DNA of 64,000 nucleotides from a virus (Duplodnaviria; Caudoviricetes): IMG/VR virus record IMGVR_UViG_3300033121_001941, positions 24,657 to 88,656 of that record; one strand, 5' to 3'. Shown piece by piece: positions 47,600 to 57,544 of this stretch (position 1 is its first letter; each line of letters starts with the position of its first letter). The notes under the pieces were generated by a model. It saw only the letters and a program-made list of their open reading frames with translations, ran no database searches and was not told where the DNA came from. The position numbers and the translations under genes were made by a program.

Positions 47600-48198
47600 A
47601 TGCCACCCAAAAAGAAAGAAATCTCTGATAAAAAAATGCCTCTTGGGAAATATGCATTTCCTAAAATAAGATCACCAAAATTTCAAGTTCCCGATGAAGA
47701 AAATACAGAGTTAGAAAATCGCCTTGAATATGCGCTTGATATTCACTTTAATGATAACGAAGGATTTGGTGAAAAAAATACAAAAGATATCCAATCAATT
47801 TTAAAAAGCAAAAAAATCAGGATATTTTAATAACTCCAATGTACGACGAAGTTTATCGTGGAATGGCCGTAACAAAAGAATGGGCAGAAAAAGTAATTGG
47901 AAAAGAAATTCGTAAATATGCAGAAACAGAAATTAACTTTATCTATAAACCTAAAGAAGGTTCTTCATCTTGGACAGGATCTATTGGTACGGCTGAATAT
48001 TTTGCAAGAGAAAGAGCAGATAATGAACATTGTTATCTTGCTGTTCTTTATGCTAAAACTTATGATAATCCCAATAAGTTCTTAGCAGGAAGAGACGGAA
48101 TTTATCGACTAAAGGATTATGAAAAATTTTACTCAGAAAATGAATGTGTTGGATTAGGGCCCATAAAAGTCTTTAAAATCAAATTAAATTTGTACTAA
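47600..48198 (+). pseudogene. ADP-ribosyltransferase-like protein 4 (R-S-ExE), split by a frameshift at an A7 run (47810-47816)
   Basis: 5' ORF has the PLGKYAFP family start; the -1 frame continues QDILITPMYDEVYRGM, SSSWTGS, SENECV. Confidence 0.7.
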
Positions 48199-48199
48199 A

Positions 48200-48805
48200 A
48201 TGATTAAATCAAAAAAACCATTTGGAAATTACGCATTTCCAAAATCAAGATTAAGTAAATTCGCGACGCCGCCCGAAGAAGATACTGATATTGAACATGA
48301 TGTAGATTATTATCTAAGACAACATTTCAAACAGGGTAATGGGATGCCTTCGTTTGTTGTTGATGAACTGCAAAATACTTTAATTTCTGGCGAATATTCT
48401 GACGTCATTAAGGAACCTAACGTTTCAACTGTTTATCGTGGAATGTGGGTTGATGGAAATTGGATAATGAATTTAACTAATTCAAACCTCTTGTCTAAAA
48501 AAGGAGAGTTTCAAACGTTGTTTACATTCAAGCCTTTCAAAAATCAATCTTCTTGGTCATTAGATCGACAGGCTGCTTTCACTGCAGCACAAACAAATTT
48601 TTATGATAGACCCGAAGAATTTGATGAAGGAAAAACATACATAATCATATTACACGCTCAATTAACCCAAAATAAAAATAAATTCATTTCTTGTCCTGAT
48701 GGTTTGTATAAACTAAAATACGCTGCGGTTTTTGACAGTGAAAAAGAAGCAATTGGACTTGGCGATATTTCAGTTTCAAAAATTGATTGGGAAATTATTT
48801 CATAA
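48200..48805 (+). CDS. ADP-ribosyltransferase-like protein 5 (R-S-ExE)
   Basis: TVYRGM, QSSWSLD, SEKEAI. Confidence 0.72.
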   Translation: MIKSKKPFGNYAFPKSRLSKFATPPEEDTDIEHDVDYYLRQHFKQGNGMPSFVVDELQNTLISGEYSDVIKEPNVSTVYRGMWVDGNWIMNLTNSNLLSKKGEFQTLFTFKPFKNQSSWSLDRQAAFTAAQTNFYDRPEEFDEGKTYIIILHAQLTQNKNKFISCPDGLYKLKYAAVFDSEKEAIGLGDISVSKIDWEIIS

Positions 48806-49297
48806 GTCATATACAAATACAGGAATATCATTTAACACAAATGATTTTTGAATCATTGGTTCAATAATATCCCACGATCCTCCTGCTAAGCCACAACCAA
48901 TTCTTGGCATATGAACTGAATATTCAATATCAGAATCACCAATTGGATAATATTCAGGATAAGCTTGAATCATTGATACTTTAATAAGACATTCTTTTAA
49001 TGCAACGTAATCAATAGGAATGGGATTCCAAGATGTTCGAACGCCTTTTTGTGCAATCATATTGATGATTTTTATTTCATCACTAATATTAACAAACTGA
49101 ATTGCACCCAAACACTTTCGTTTAATATCATTTTCTGAGTATCTTTGTTTGTAAAGTTCTTCAGCTTGAGGAAATTGTTTTGACAATGATTTTGTAAATC
49201 CTGCGCCCCACATACCTATGTCATTACATATGTGAATAATAGTTTTACAACCTTCACCGACAGGTTGTGTTGCGTCACCCTTAAGATATGTGATCAT
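48800..49297 (-). CDS. macrodomain protein (Poa1p/TARG1/DarG-like ADP-ribosylhydrolase)
   Basis: YLKGDAT, IIHICNDIGMWGAGF, NMIAQ, HMPRIGCGLAGGSW. Confidence 0.92.
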   Translation of the reverse strand: MITYLKGDATQPVGEGCKTIIHICNDIGMWGAGFTKSLSKQFPQAEELYKQRYSENDIKRKCLGAIQFVNISDEIKIINMIAQKGVRTSWNPIPIDYVALKECLIKVSMIQAYPEYYPIGDSDIEYSVHMPRIGCGLAGGSWDIIEPMIQKSFVLNDIPVFVYDL

Positions 49298-50274
49298 TTT
49301 TTCTTAGACACCGCGCGGCCCAACATTTTTTCCCAATCTTTTTCAGGTCTAACTTCAAGATTTTTTTCCCAAGTTGCTTTAAGCATCGTTGGATTTACAC
49401 CCATTTCATTAGCCTTAAAAATAAGAGCATTAAGATCCTTCGGGAAACAGGACAATGAAAATCCAAATAACGATTTTCCATTTTCATCAGTTTCAAACGA
49501 TGGAACTGTCCAATGACTCGTTCCCAATCGTTTATCCAGTGTTGCACATTCAACAACGCGATCATAATCAACATCTAATTTGTTTTGCGCTAACGCTGTA
49601 CACAATTGATATAATTCATTTGCAAATGAAACTTTCATAGCAAGAAAACAATTTGTAACATATTTTGTTAATTCAGCGTTAGTGCTTGATGTCTTGATAA
49701 TTGGAATTGTTTGAAATGCATGTCTAAATAATTCTTTTACTTTATTGATTTGTGGACGAGGACCACCCAAAATAATACGATCTTGATTACGCATATCATT
49801 TAATGCATTCGATTCTGTCAGAAATTCTGGGCAGAAAACCACTGTCAATCCCGTATCCTTAAATTTCTCATTCCAAGCTTCAGTAGTTCCAGGGGGAACA
49901 GTTGATTTAATAACAGCAATTCTTGCTTTATTCGTTGATGATGCTAATCTTTCTAAAACGTCATCAACGATACTAAGGTCTGCAGAACCATCTTCGTTCA
50001 TCGGCGTAGGAAGACATACAAAATAAATTCCTGAGAAATTCTTCAAATCTCTATATTCACAAAATTCACATAAATCCTCAACTGAGGAAACAATTCTATT
50101 GGTATCTGTTTTTAATGATCTTTCAGAAACAAACAACATGGGTTGAACAGCCCCAGGGGCGACTTTTCCAGTTTTATCATAAGAATAAACATCAATATTA
50201 CGTTCACTAAGCACAGTGGCGAGGGAGCCTCCCACGAAGCCTGCACCAATTATTGCTACACTAATTTTGTTCAT
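49294..50274 (-). CDS. ugd: UDP-glucose/GDP-mannose dehydrogenase family protein
   Basis: GAGFVG, FVCLPTP, IKSTVPPGTT, PEFLTE, AELTKYVTN, SCFPKD. Confidence 0.9.
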   Translation of the reverse strand: MNKISVAIIGAGFVGGSLATVLSERNIDVYSYDKTGKVAPGAVQPMLFVSERSLKTDTNRIVSSVEDLCEFCEYRDLKNFSGIYFVCLPTPMNEDGSADLSIVDDVLERLASSTNKARIAVIKSTVPPGTTEAWNEKFKDTGLTVVFCPEFLTESNALNDMRNQDRIILGGPRPQINKVKELFRHAFQTIPIIKTSSTNAELTKYVTNCFLAMKVSFANELYQLCTALAQNKLDVDYDRVVECATLDKRLGTSHWTVPSFETDENGKSLFGFSLSCFPKDLNALIFKANEMGVNPTMLKATWEKNLEVRPEKDWEKMLGRAVSKKK

Positions 50275-50278
50275 AAAC

Positions 50279-51190
50279 TTATAATATCACTTCATTTATT
50301 AATGTATTGGCAGTTTCTTGCCATTTGTTGGCATCACGAATTAATCGTACACTTGAATCTAATAGATGCTGTCTCATATAAGGATCCATTTTTTGAATTG
50401 AATTTAGAATCTCTGGTATTTGTCTAACGTCATTATACAATACAATAGATTCAATTCCTTTTATATACGTTTCTGATTGAACACCTCTATTACGTATAGA
50501 AAAACATCCTCTAGACGCTGCTTCAATATCTTTAATCCAAAGTCCACAATCAAGATTTAAAATCTCATTTTCAACTTTAAGTTCTGAATCTTCACTATGA
50601 ATAAAAACTTGTAATGATGATAACTTATTTAAATAATCACGGTACGTTAACCCGCCTTTTTCAACTGCAACATTAATATTGAGTGATTTTAGATTATCAA
50701 ATAGTAATTTACGATGAGGATGAAGCGTTCCAATAAACGCATATGAAATTTGACGATCGTCAAACCAAGGATTTGATTCACAATATTCTGGGAGCATCCA
50801 CATTTTAACAAACTTACCAGGAATATTTTTTGAAGAAATATAATCAGCCCACCATTTTGTTGTTACGCAAATTGATTTAACGTTAAGTTCATTACAAAAC
50901 AATTCATATGCTCCTTTGTAAGGTGAATCATTCATGAATGCCTGCCAAGGATCTTGATCAAAAATAACTATAGGCGTATTATTACACCAATTACGTACTT
51001 TGTTGATATTATTAAATAATGATCGTTGTTTCAAGCGTGAAATAACGTATTTTGGATTAGGGTATTTATGAATATCCTGTAACGCTACGGTTGTTATATT
51101 TGAATTCTCTTTATGAAGAGTTTGAAACAGTTGATGCGTAAAACAATTGTTTATTGTATATTCAATACTGTCAACAAGATCAATGATCAT
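50279..51190 (-). CDS. glycosyltransferase-related (GT-B/CgeB-like) protein
   Basis: FIGTLHPHR motif; glycosylation-island context. Confidence 0.5.
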   Translation of the reverse strand: MIIDLVDSIEYTINNCFTHQLFQTLHKENSNITTVALQDIHKYPNPKYVISRLKQRSLFNNINKVRNWCNNTPIVIFDQDPWQAFMNDSPYKGAYELFCNELNVKSICVTTKWWADYISSKNIPGKFVKMWMLPEYCESNPWFDDRQISYAFIGTLHPHRKLLFDNLKSLNINVAVEKGGLTYRDYLNKLSSLQVFIHSEDSELKVENEILNLDCGLWIKDIEAASRGCFSIRNRGVQSETYIKGIESIVLYNDVRQIPEILNSIQKMDPYMRQHLLDSSVRLIRDANKWQETANTLINEVIL

Positions 51191-51896
51191 TATTACCTAA
51201 TTTGTGTAATGCAATATTAAATTCTTGATTAAACAATTCGTCATTGTAATTAAATCCACCTAATTCAAAATTTTTAGCAGAAGCAAATCCAATTAACGCT
51301 AAAGCTCTTTTTTTATTTGGTTGAATCTTGTTTGCACTTTCAACATCATCGTATATTTGAAATTGTTTTTTTAATCCTCTGTGAACACCAAAATGAAATG
51401 CCTGTTTTTCTAAACTAAAAAAACAATGATAACCTGCAGGTCGTAATTTTTCTGGCATCAAATCTGCTTTTATGACAAGATCATGCCCTACATCAACGTT
51501 ACGATCACAATATAATTCATTTGTCGTATCAAGGAATTCAACGCTTGGACCAAAACAATTTAAACCGTTTATGAATTTAAGAGTAAAAAAATCAACAAGT
51601 GGAGCTTGCATACCAGTGACACGCGGATTTGCTTTCATTATTAACCAAAATTCATATAATGCATCTTCATTGATAACAGTATCTGCATCAACTTTAACAA
51701 ACATGTCATAATTATTTTGTTTTTTTGCTTCGCGCCAGGCAGACCATAAGTTGTTATGAGCCTCTTTTTCTGGTTTATTTTTGATAACGTGATGTGTGAC
51801 ATTAACATTTTTTTGTAATTTTATTGCTTCACAACAATAATCAAAATCACCTTCGCCACAATACATTGTTCCAACAAATACTTTAGGAATTTTCAC
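51180..51896 (-). CDS. putative GT-A glycosyltransferase
   Basis: AHNNL...MFVKVDAD (DxD). Confidence 0.6.
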   Translation of the reverse strand: MKIPKVFVGTMYCGEGDFDYCCEAIKLQKNVNVTHHVIKNKPEKEAHNNLWSAWREAKKQNNYDMFVKVDADTVINEDALYEFWLIMKANPRVTGMQAPLVDFFTLKFINGLNCFGPSVEFLDTTNELYCDRNVDVGHDLVIKADLMPEKLRPAGYHCFFSLEKQAFHFGVHRGLKKQFQIYDDVESANKIQPNKKRALALIGFASAKNFELGGFNYNDELFNQEFNIALHKLGNNDH

Positions 51897-52396
51897 TTCG
51901 ATTGCCAGTCTGTTTTTAGCATAAACATACAGATTTGATCGTGATAAACGTTATGTCTAAGTAGCGATTGTGATAACAAACCTTCCTCACGAAAACCTAA
52001 ACCTTTGTATAATCTTCTTGCAATCCAATTATATCTTGCCGTTGTTAATGATACTCTGTGTAAATTTAAAGTGTTAAAACAATGATCTAACATTAATTTC
52101 CACATATGTTTAGAGTGACCTTTACCACGAAAATCTATATGTAAATCTGCGCCAAGAACACAATTTTTATTGACAAAATCTACGTCATAAAATTTTGTCA
52201 ATCCTGCGCGTTCATCGTTAATAGTAAAAATTAATCTAATTTGACTTTGATCATTTTTAATCTTGTCCCACCATAACATATGTTGTGTTAAATCGATTGG
52301 ATTTGGATGTGTTAAGTTGTTTAGAACTTCAGGATCATTATGCAAATTTTGCAAAAAACCATGATCATGATCTGTTATTTCTCTTAAGTTGTACAT
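51893..52396 (-). CDS. GNAT N-acetyltransferase (PseH/RimJ-like)
   Basis: FRGKG, LNLHRV, ARRLYKGLGFREEG. Confidence 0.88.
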   Translation of the reverse strand: MYNLREITDHDHGFLQNLHNDPEVLNNLTHPNPIDLTQHMLWWDKIKNDQSQIRLIFTINDERAGLTKFYDVDFVNKNCVLGADLHIDFRGKGHSKHMWKLMLDHCFNTLNLHRVSLTTARYNWIARRLYKGLGFREEGLLSQSLLRHNVYHDQICMFMLKTDWQSK

Positions 52397-53532
52397 AATA
52401 TATCTTTTACACGTCTTGCAATATGTTTAATGTCTTCTTCGGAAAGCCACCACCCTACAGGCAGTGAAAATTGATGTGTTGAAAAATAATCTACACCTGT
52501 TAAATTGTTAACCTTGAATTTTGAAAATGCAGTATAGTTGTCGTTGCGTACATGCACAACACCCGCCATAATTCCTTCATCATTTAATGCTTTAAGCAAT
52601 TGATCTCTTGTTAAAGGTGATGTTTTTGATACTTGTAATGTATACACCCAATAACTTGACCCCTTGGGATCTGGTGGTGTGCATAATTCTAATTTATCGA
52701 AGTCTTTAAATTCATTCTCATATATTGACGCATTATGTCGATGGGTGTCTAAAATAGATTGAATGTGAGGTAAATTAGATAACCCAATTGCCGCTGCTAT
52801 ATTATTCATGTTGAATTTATATCCAGCTTCGGTTATGTCAACGTCCCACTGCTGGCCTTTCCAGTCACCTTTTTCATCTTTTGCCCGATCACGATCTAAT
52901 CCAAACCATTTTAATGATTTTGAGCGTTCAAAATCAGTTTTAGACTTACAAACTAAAGCGCCGCCGTCTCCCGTCGTAAAATGTTTAATCGCCTGGAAAG
53001 AATAACAGACATAATCTGCGTATGCATGTAGAGGTTCACCTTTAAATGAAGCACCAAAAGCATGCGCGGCGTCAAGAATCAACTTAATTCCTCGAGACTT
53101 ACACAGATTATACAGATATTCAAGTTCAGGTGCTGAACCTGCCCATGCAACAACCATAAGAGCCTTTGTTTTAGACGTTTTTCTATTTTTCAATAGATCT
53201 GCATAATCAATCATCCCATTCCAAGGTTCAATATCAGCCCAAACTATATCTGCGCCAAGATTAACAATTGGTGTATTTGTTGCTACACATGTCATTGGCG
53301 TAGAAATTACTTCATCACCTGGTCCAACTCCTGCTAAAATCAGAGCGAGCGTAAGTGCTGATGTTCCGCTATTCGTCAAAATGAGATTATCAGCGCGCAA
53401 AAATGCACGAAGTTCATTTGTTAATTTTGTAACTTCTATACCTTCATTTATTATACCAGATTCGAATACTGACGATATTTTTTCAAGTGCTGAATTAGCA
53501 ACATGAACTTTAAATAGTGGATATTTTTTCAT
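52384..53532 (-). CDS. DegT/DnrJ/EryC1/StrS sugar aminotransferase
   Basis: NSGTSAL, GPGDEVI, ILDAAHA, SFQAIKHFTTGDGG (PLP lysine). Confidence 0.95.
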   Translation of the reverse strand: MKKYPLFKVHVANSALEKISSVFESGIINEGIEVTKLTNELRAFLRADNLILTNSGTSALTLALILAGVGPGDEVISTPMTCVATNTPIVNLGADIVWADIEPWNGMIDYADLLKNRKTSKTKALMVVAWAGSAPELEYLYNLCKSRGIKLILDAAHAFGASFKGEPLHAYADYVCYSFQAIKHFTTGDGGALVCKSKTDFERSKSLKWFGLDRDRAKDEKGDWKGQQWDVDITEAGYKFNMNNIAAAIGLSNLPHIQSILDTHRHNASIYENEFKDFDKLELCTPPDPKGSSYWVYTLQVSKTSPLTRDQLLKALNDEGIMAGVVHVRNDNYTAFSKFKVNNLTGVDYFSTHQFSLPVGWWLSEEDIKHIARRVKDILCTT

Positions 53533-53539
53533 TTTCTTA

Positions 53540-53803
53540 TTACCACACATGCTTTAATAAAACTGTTTTAGCTTCTGGATTGTTTGCATCTAAAAAGTAA
53601 GCCGTCTTTACTTTGTTGACGATATGTTTATCTCTAAACAACAATTGGATTATTGCTTCTAATTGACATGCATTTAAACTGTTATAATCAGGATTTCCAC
53701 CTAATAACACTCTTTTGTCTGGATCTGGTCTTCCATTTTTCTCTGGGATAATAAGAATTCCGTTCCCGTTAGAAGACATATAGAGGTAAAGTGCCGTGTT
53801 CAT
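53540..53803 (-). CDS. hypothetical protein
   Basis: 87-aa ORF in the operon. Confidence 0.55.
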   Translation of the reverse strand: MNTALYLYMSSNGNGILIIPEKNGRPDPDKRVLLGGNPDYNSLNACQLEAIIQLLFRDKHIVNKVKTAYFLDANNPEAKTVLLKHVW

Positions 53804-53809
53804 GATATT

Positions 53810-54829
53810 TCAATCTACTCTATTTGTTGCAATTTCTTCAATTGATTGACCTTTGAATTCATCAATTGTTTTATCAAAAATACGTTTTTCATTTAAAAAT
53901 TTTTCAAGTGTATCAGGTGTCATAACATCATCAGAACTTGAATATGTAAATACATTTTCTCTTCCGACAAAATGTGATGATGAAATTACGTAATAATTCA
54001 TAAACTTTTTAGTTCTTGATGATTCAGATTCATTTATAAGATCTTCATGCATTTTTTCACCTGGGCGGTGTCCAGTTATTTTGATTTTTTTATTGAATTT
54101 TTTTGAAAACAATGTTGCTAAATCACCAATCTTCATTGCGGGAATTATTGGTATCCACGTTTCACCGCATTTCCCCAATTTTAACGCTGTTAAGATCAAA
54201 TCCACGCTATCATCAAGAGTCATCACAAATCTTGTCATTTCAGGATCTGTTACAGTTAATATTTCAGAATTTTCTGCCTGATATTTGAATAATGGTATTA
54301 TACTACCACGCGATTCTAAAACATTTCCATATCTTACGGCAAGATATTTAATCTGGTTTGATTTGTTATTGACTTGGCTCGTAATAAGTCTTTCTGAAAT
54401 TGCTTTACACATTCCATATGTGTTTACTGGCGAGCATGATTTATCTGTACTTACATATAATGTGTTTTGTATTGATTTTGAATCTAATGAATTTATGACG
54501 TCGATAACATTCTGTGTACCAATTACGTTTGTTAATACGCTTTCATTTGGACTGAGTTCACAAGTATCAACGTGTTTAAGTGCTGCAGCGATAATAATGT
54601 TTTTCGGACTTGTTTGTTGTATTACATCGCGTAATCTTTGTTTGTCACGTATGTCACCAACATAAAACGAAAGTCTACTAATTTGTTTGTGTGACAACAA
54701 TTCATTACGTATGGTCCAGTGTTTAGATTCATCACGTGAATAAACTGCTATAGAACTTGTTGGCAATAAACGTTCAATTAATTTTTTCCCCAAAGAGCCA
54801 GTTCCACCAATTATTAGATAATCAATCAT
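53810..54829 (-). CDS. UDP-GlcNAc 4,6-dehydratase (PseB/FnlA/CapD-like)
   Basis: GGTGSLG, YSRDESK, AAALKHV, STDKSCSP.N.YG..K, RYGNV..SRGS, MTRF, RPGEK.HE. Confidence 0.92.
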   Translation of the reverse strand: MIDYLIIGGTGSLGKKLIERLLPTSSIAVYSRDESKHWTIRNELLSHKQISRLSFYVGDIRDKQRLRDVIQQTSPKNIIIAAALKHVDTCELSPNESVLTNVIGTQNVIDVINSLDSKSIQNTLYVSTDKSCSPVNTYGMCKAISERLITSQVNNKSNQIKYLAVRYGNVLESRGSIIPLFKYQAENSEILTVTDPEMTRFVMTLDDSVDLILTALKLGKCGETWIPIIPAMKIGDLATLFSKKFNKKIKITGHRPGEKMHEDLINESESSRTKKFMNYYVISSSHFVGRENVFTYSSSDDVMTPDTLEKFLNEKRIFDKTIDEFKGQSIEEIATNRVD

Positions 54830-54838
54830 TTTGTTATT

Positions 54839-55657
54839 CTATGCTAATTTAGTTACATTGTATTTTGATTTTGAAACAATGTTTCCAATACGCGTAGCCT
54901 TATATCCAAGATCTTTTAGTTTATTTTGATCTGTCCATGATCCTGTAATTATTTTTGTACCATATGGATTTAAGTCACAATTAAAAATTCCTCCGTCTAA
55001 AATGGCAGTCTTAGGAAATTTCTCATGATATAATAACTGAAAATCAGGTTCTGTAAATGAATCAAGAGTTTTCAATTTATCAAAAATTTCTGACATCGTT
55101 TTGTATCTGTTAAGTGCCGGGAGTTGGGTTAAGAAGTTTGTTTCCCAAATTAGATCATTATTCGTTTTTAATAACGTGATCTTTTCGCCAGTAACTCTAT
55201 TTGTGTGCGACTGCCACAAATTTCTTTTTGATTCTTTTACGGGATGATCTTTATTGTAAAGATGCCAATCTTTAATTGAATATTCGTGTAATCTAATCGA
55301 ACCGATCTCTTGATTGTTATCTAAAAATGATACACAATGATTTAATAAATACATATGATAATGCATCATATCAGATTCAATAATATACGTATAATCTACA
55401 TTTTTTGTTTTGATATGATCTAACCACCACGATATGCTAGACCAATATCCTACGTTGACACTTGATTGATAAACGTTATTGAAGTATGTTGTCAGCAATG
55501 GAATTGTTGCTTCAATTGTTGATGCATTATCAAATATTGTTAAATTGTAATTTTCGATCTGATCTAACGAGCATTCTAAATTCTCAACAACCTCTTTTAA
55601 CAAATCATATCTTGTTTGTTCAAGACAACATGTTACTAACAACAATTCTAATTTCAT
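54839..55657 (-). CDS. putative GT-A glycosyltransferase
   Basis: IFDNAST, N.GY, YTYIIESD. Confidence 0.6.
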   Translation of the reverse strand: MKLELLLVTCCLEQTRYDLLKEVVENLECSLDQIENYNLTIFDNASTIEATIPLLTTYFNNVYQSSVNVGYWSSISWWLDHIKTKNVDYTYIIESDMMHYHMYLLNHCVSFLDNNQEIGSIRLHEYSIKDWHLYNKDHPVKESKRNLWQSHTNRVTGEKITLLKTNNDLIWETNFLTQLPALNRYKTMSEIFDKLKTLDSFTEPDFQLLYHEKFPKTAILDGGIFNCDLNPYGTKIITGSWTDQNKLKDLGYKATRIGNIVSKSKYNVTKLA

Positions 55658-56550
55658 AATGATTCAAAAAGTTTTCTATAACGATCGTAACCATTGGGCA
55701 AAGTTAAATGTTTAACACTTGGAATTGAAGGAATTGCCTTTAAAATATCATTGTTTATTGAATGGTTAGATAATAATTGTTGTGCCATTCCAATATTTCG
55801 TGAGACAACTGGCACTCCTAACAACCCAGCTTCGATTAAAGATTGTGGTCCACCTTCGTACCTTGAAGCAACTGGGTATAAATCTAAAATTTGATATAGT
55901 TCGTTAACAATTTCTTGAGAAGGCAATTCGAAATATGAATATGAAATGCCCGAGGCTCTTAATCGTGATATAATATACTGTCTACGCCACCCTGCTAAAA
56001 CAACGTGTAGATTATTATTTTCATGAATTTTTTCTAGAAAGTTACATAAAAGATCTGGGCCTTTTTCTAATTTGGGCGAAACTAAATCTGAACCTTCTGT
56101 ATCTCGTTGAAAAGAACCGCAAACGAAAGAATTAACTGATATGTTGTATTTTTTTCGTAAATTGATTTTTGAATCTGTAGCTCGCCAAATTTTTTGATTT
56201 GCCCAATAAGGTATAAGAACAATTGGTTTTTGTGTTAATGATCTAACTAAGACTTCTGTATGTTCATTAGGAACGTGATAAATATCTGTAATCTTGTCAC
56301 GTGCTTGAAAATCTTTAAGTTCTTTTTCTCCAAATTTTTCAACAACGATATGATGAACAGTTGTTACAACTTTTTTCTTTGTTAAAAGATTATTAGGCAA
56401 TTGATTCCATGCCCAATCTGCAAAAAGCCAAATTATATCAGCATCATTAGGATCGCTAACACTAGTATCAGAATTGTCATTGTCCCATTCTTGTTTAAAT
56501 CTATCAACAATCCATGATTCTTTTGGCGCAAGTGTGTAAACTCTATTCAT
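55654..56550 (-). CDS. GT-B (GT4-like) glycosyltransferase
   Basis: EKGPD, ASRYEGGPQSLIEA. Confidence 0.85.
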   Translation of the reverse strand: MNRVYTLAPKESWIVDRFKQEWDNDNSDTSVSDPNDADIIWLFADWAWNQLPNNLLTKKKVVTTVHHIVVEKFGEKELKDFQARDKITDIYHVPNEHTEVLVRSLTQKPIVLIPYWANQKIWRATDSKINLRKKYNISVNSFVCGSFQRDTEGSDLVSPKLEKGPDLLCNFLEKIHENNNLHVVLAGWRRQYIISRLRASGISYSYFELPSQEIVNELYQILDLYPVASRYEGGPQSLIEAGLLGVPVVSRNIGMAQQLLSNHSINNDILKAIPSIPSVKHLTLPNGYDRYRKLFESL

Positions 56551-57535
56551 CAGAATATTCAACTTCTCTTTTTGCTAATTTTAAATCATGATCAACCATA
56601 ATCTTAACAAGGTTTTCAAAGTTAACTTTTGGTGACCACCCAAGAATTGTATTTGCTTTGGACGCATCTGCTCTTAATGTATCAACTTCAGAAGGTCTGA
56701 TAAACCGCTTGTCAAAATGAAGGTATTGTTTTGGATCAAGATCTGCATGCTTAAATGCAAGTTCAACAAACTCTTGTATGCTATGCGTAACACCTGTTCC
56801 AATAACCCAATCATCAGGTTTATCGTGTTGTAACATCATCCACATTGCTTCAACATAGTCAGGAGCATAACCCCAATCACGTTTAACATCTAGGGGTCCT
56901 AATTTAAGTTCAGATTGCATTCCAACTTTTATTCTTCCGACTGCTCTTGTAATTTTACGTGTTACAAAATTTTCGCCACGGCGTTCAGATTCATGATTAA
57001 ATAAAATTCCCGAACACGCAAAAATACCGTGAGCCTCACGATAATTCTTTGTAATATAATGACCGAATACCTTTGCACACCCGTAAGGTGAACGAGGATA
57101 GAATGTCGTATCTTCTGACTGTGGAGTTTGGGTAACTTTTCCAAACATCTCACTACTTGAGGCTTCGTAAAACTTTGTTTGTAACCCAGATCTTCTGATA
57201 GCTTCAAGTAAATTCAATGGTCCTTGGGCAGTAACAGTAAACGTATTTAAAGGTTGCTCAAATGATTGTCCAACATGACTTTGCGCAGCAAGATTGTAAA
57301 CTTCATCCGGTTGAATTGTTTCAATTAAAGTTCTCATTCCTGAAGCATCAGTTACATCACCATATTCAATGTGAAATTTTTCATTTTTTATGGCATTGCG
57401 TAAATAACCATATTTATCTGGTGTGAATTGTGTAGATTGACGGATTAGCCCATATACGTCATATCCTTTAGATAAAAGAAGTTCTGAAAGGTAACTTCCA
57501 TCTTGTCCTGATGCACCTGTTACAATAGCTCTCAT
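56543..57535 (-). CDS. gmd: GDP-mannose 4,6-dehydratase
   Basis: TGASGQDGSYL, YNLAAQSHV, FYEASSSEMFG, RSPYGCAK, FNHES.RRGE.FVTRKI, RDWG.A.DYV. Confidence 0.97.
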   Translation of the reverse strand: MRAIVTGASGQDGSYLSELLLSKGYDVYGLIRQSTQFTPDKYGYLRNAIKNEKFHIEYGDVTDASGMRTLIETIQPDEVYNLAAQSHVGQSFEQPLNTFTVTAQGPLNLLEAIRRSGLQTKFYEASSSEMFGKVTQTPQSEDTTFYPRSPYGCAKVFGHYITKNYREAHGIFACSGILFNHESERRGENFVTRKITRAVGRIKVGMQSELKLGPLDVKRDWGYAPDYVEAMWMMLQHDKPDDWVIGTGVTHSIQEFVELAFKHADLDPKQYLHFDKRFIRPSEVDTLRADASKANTILGWSPKVNFENLVKIMVDHDLKLAKREVEYSDE

Positions 57536-57544
57536 TTATTAATC

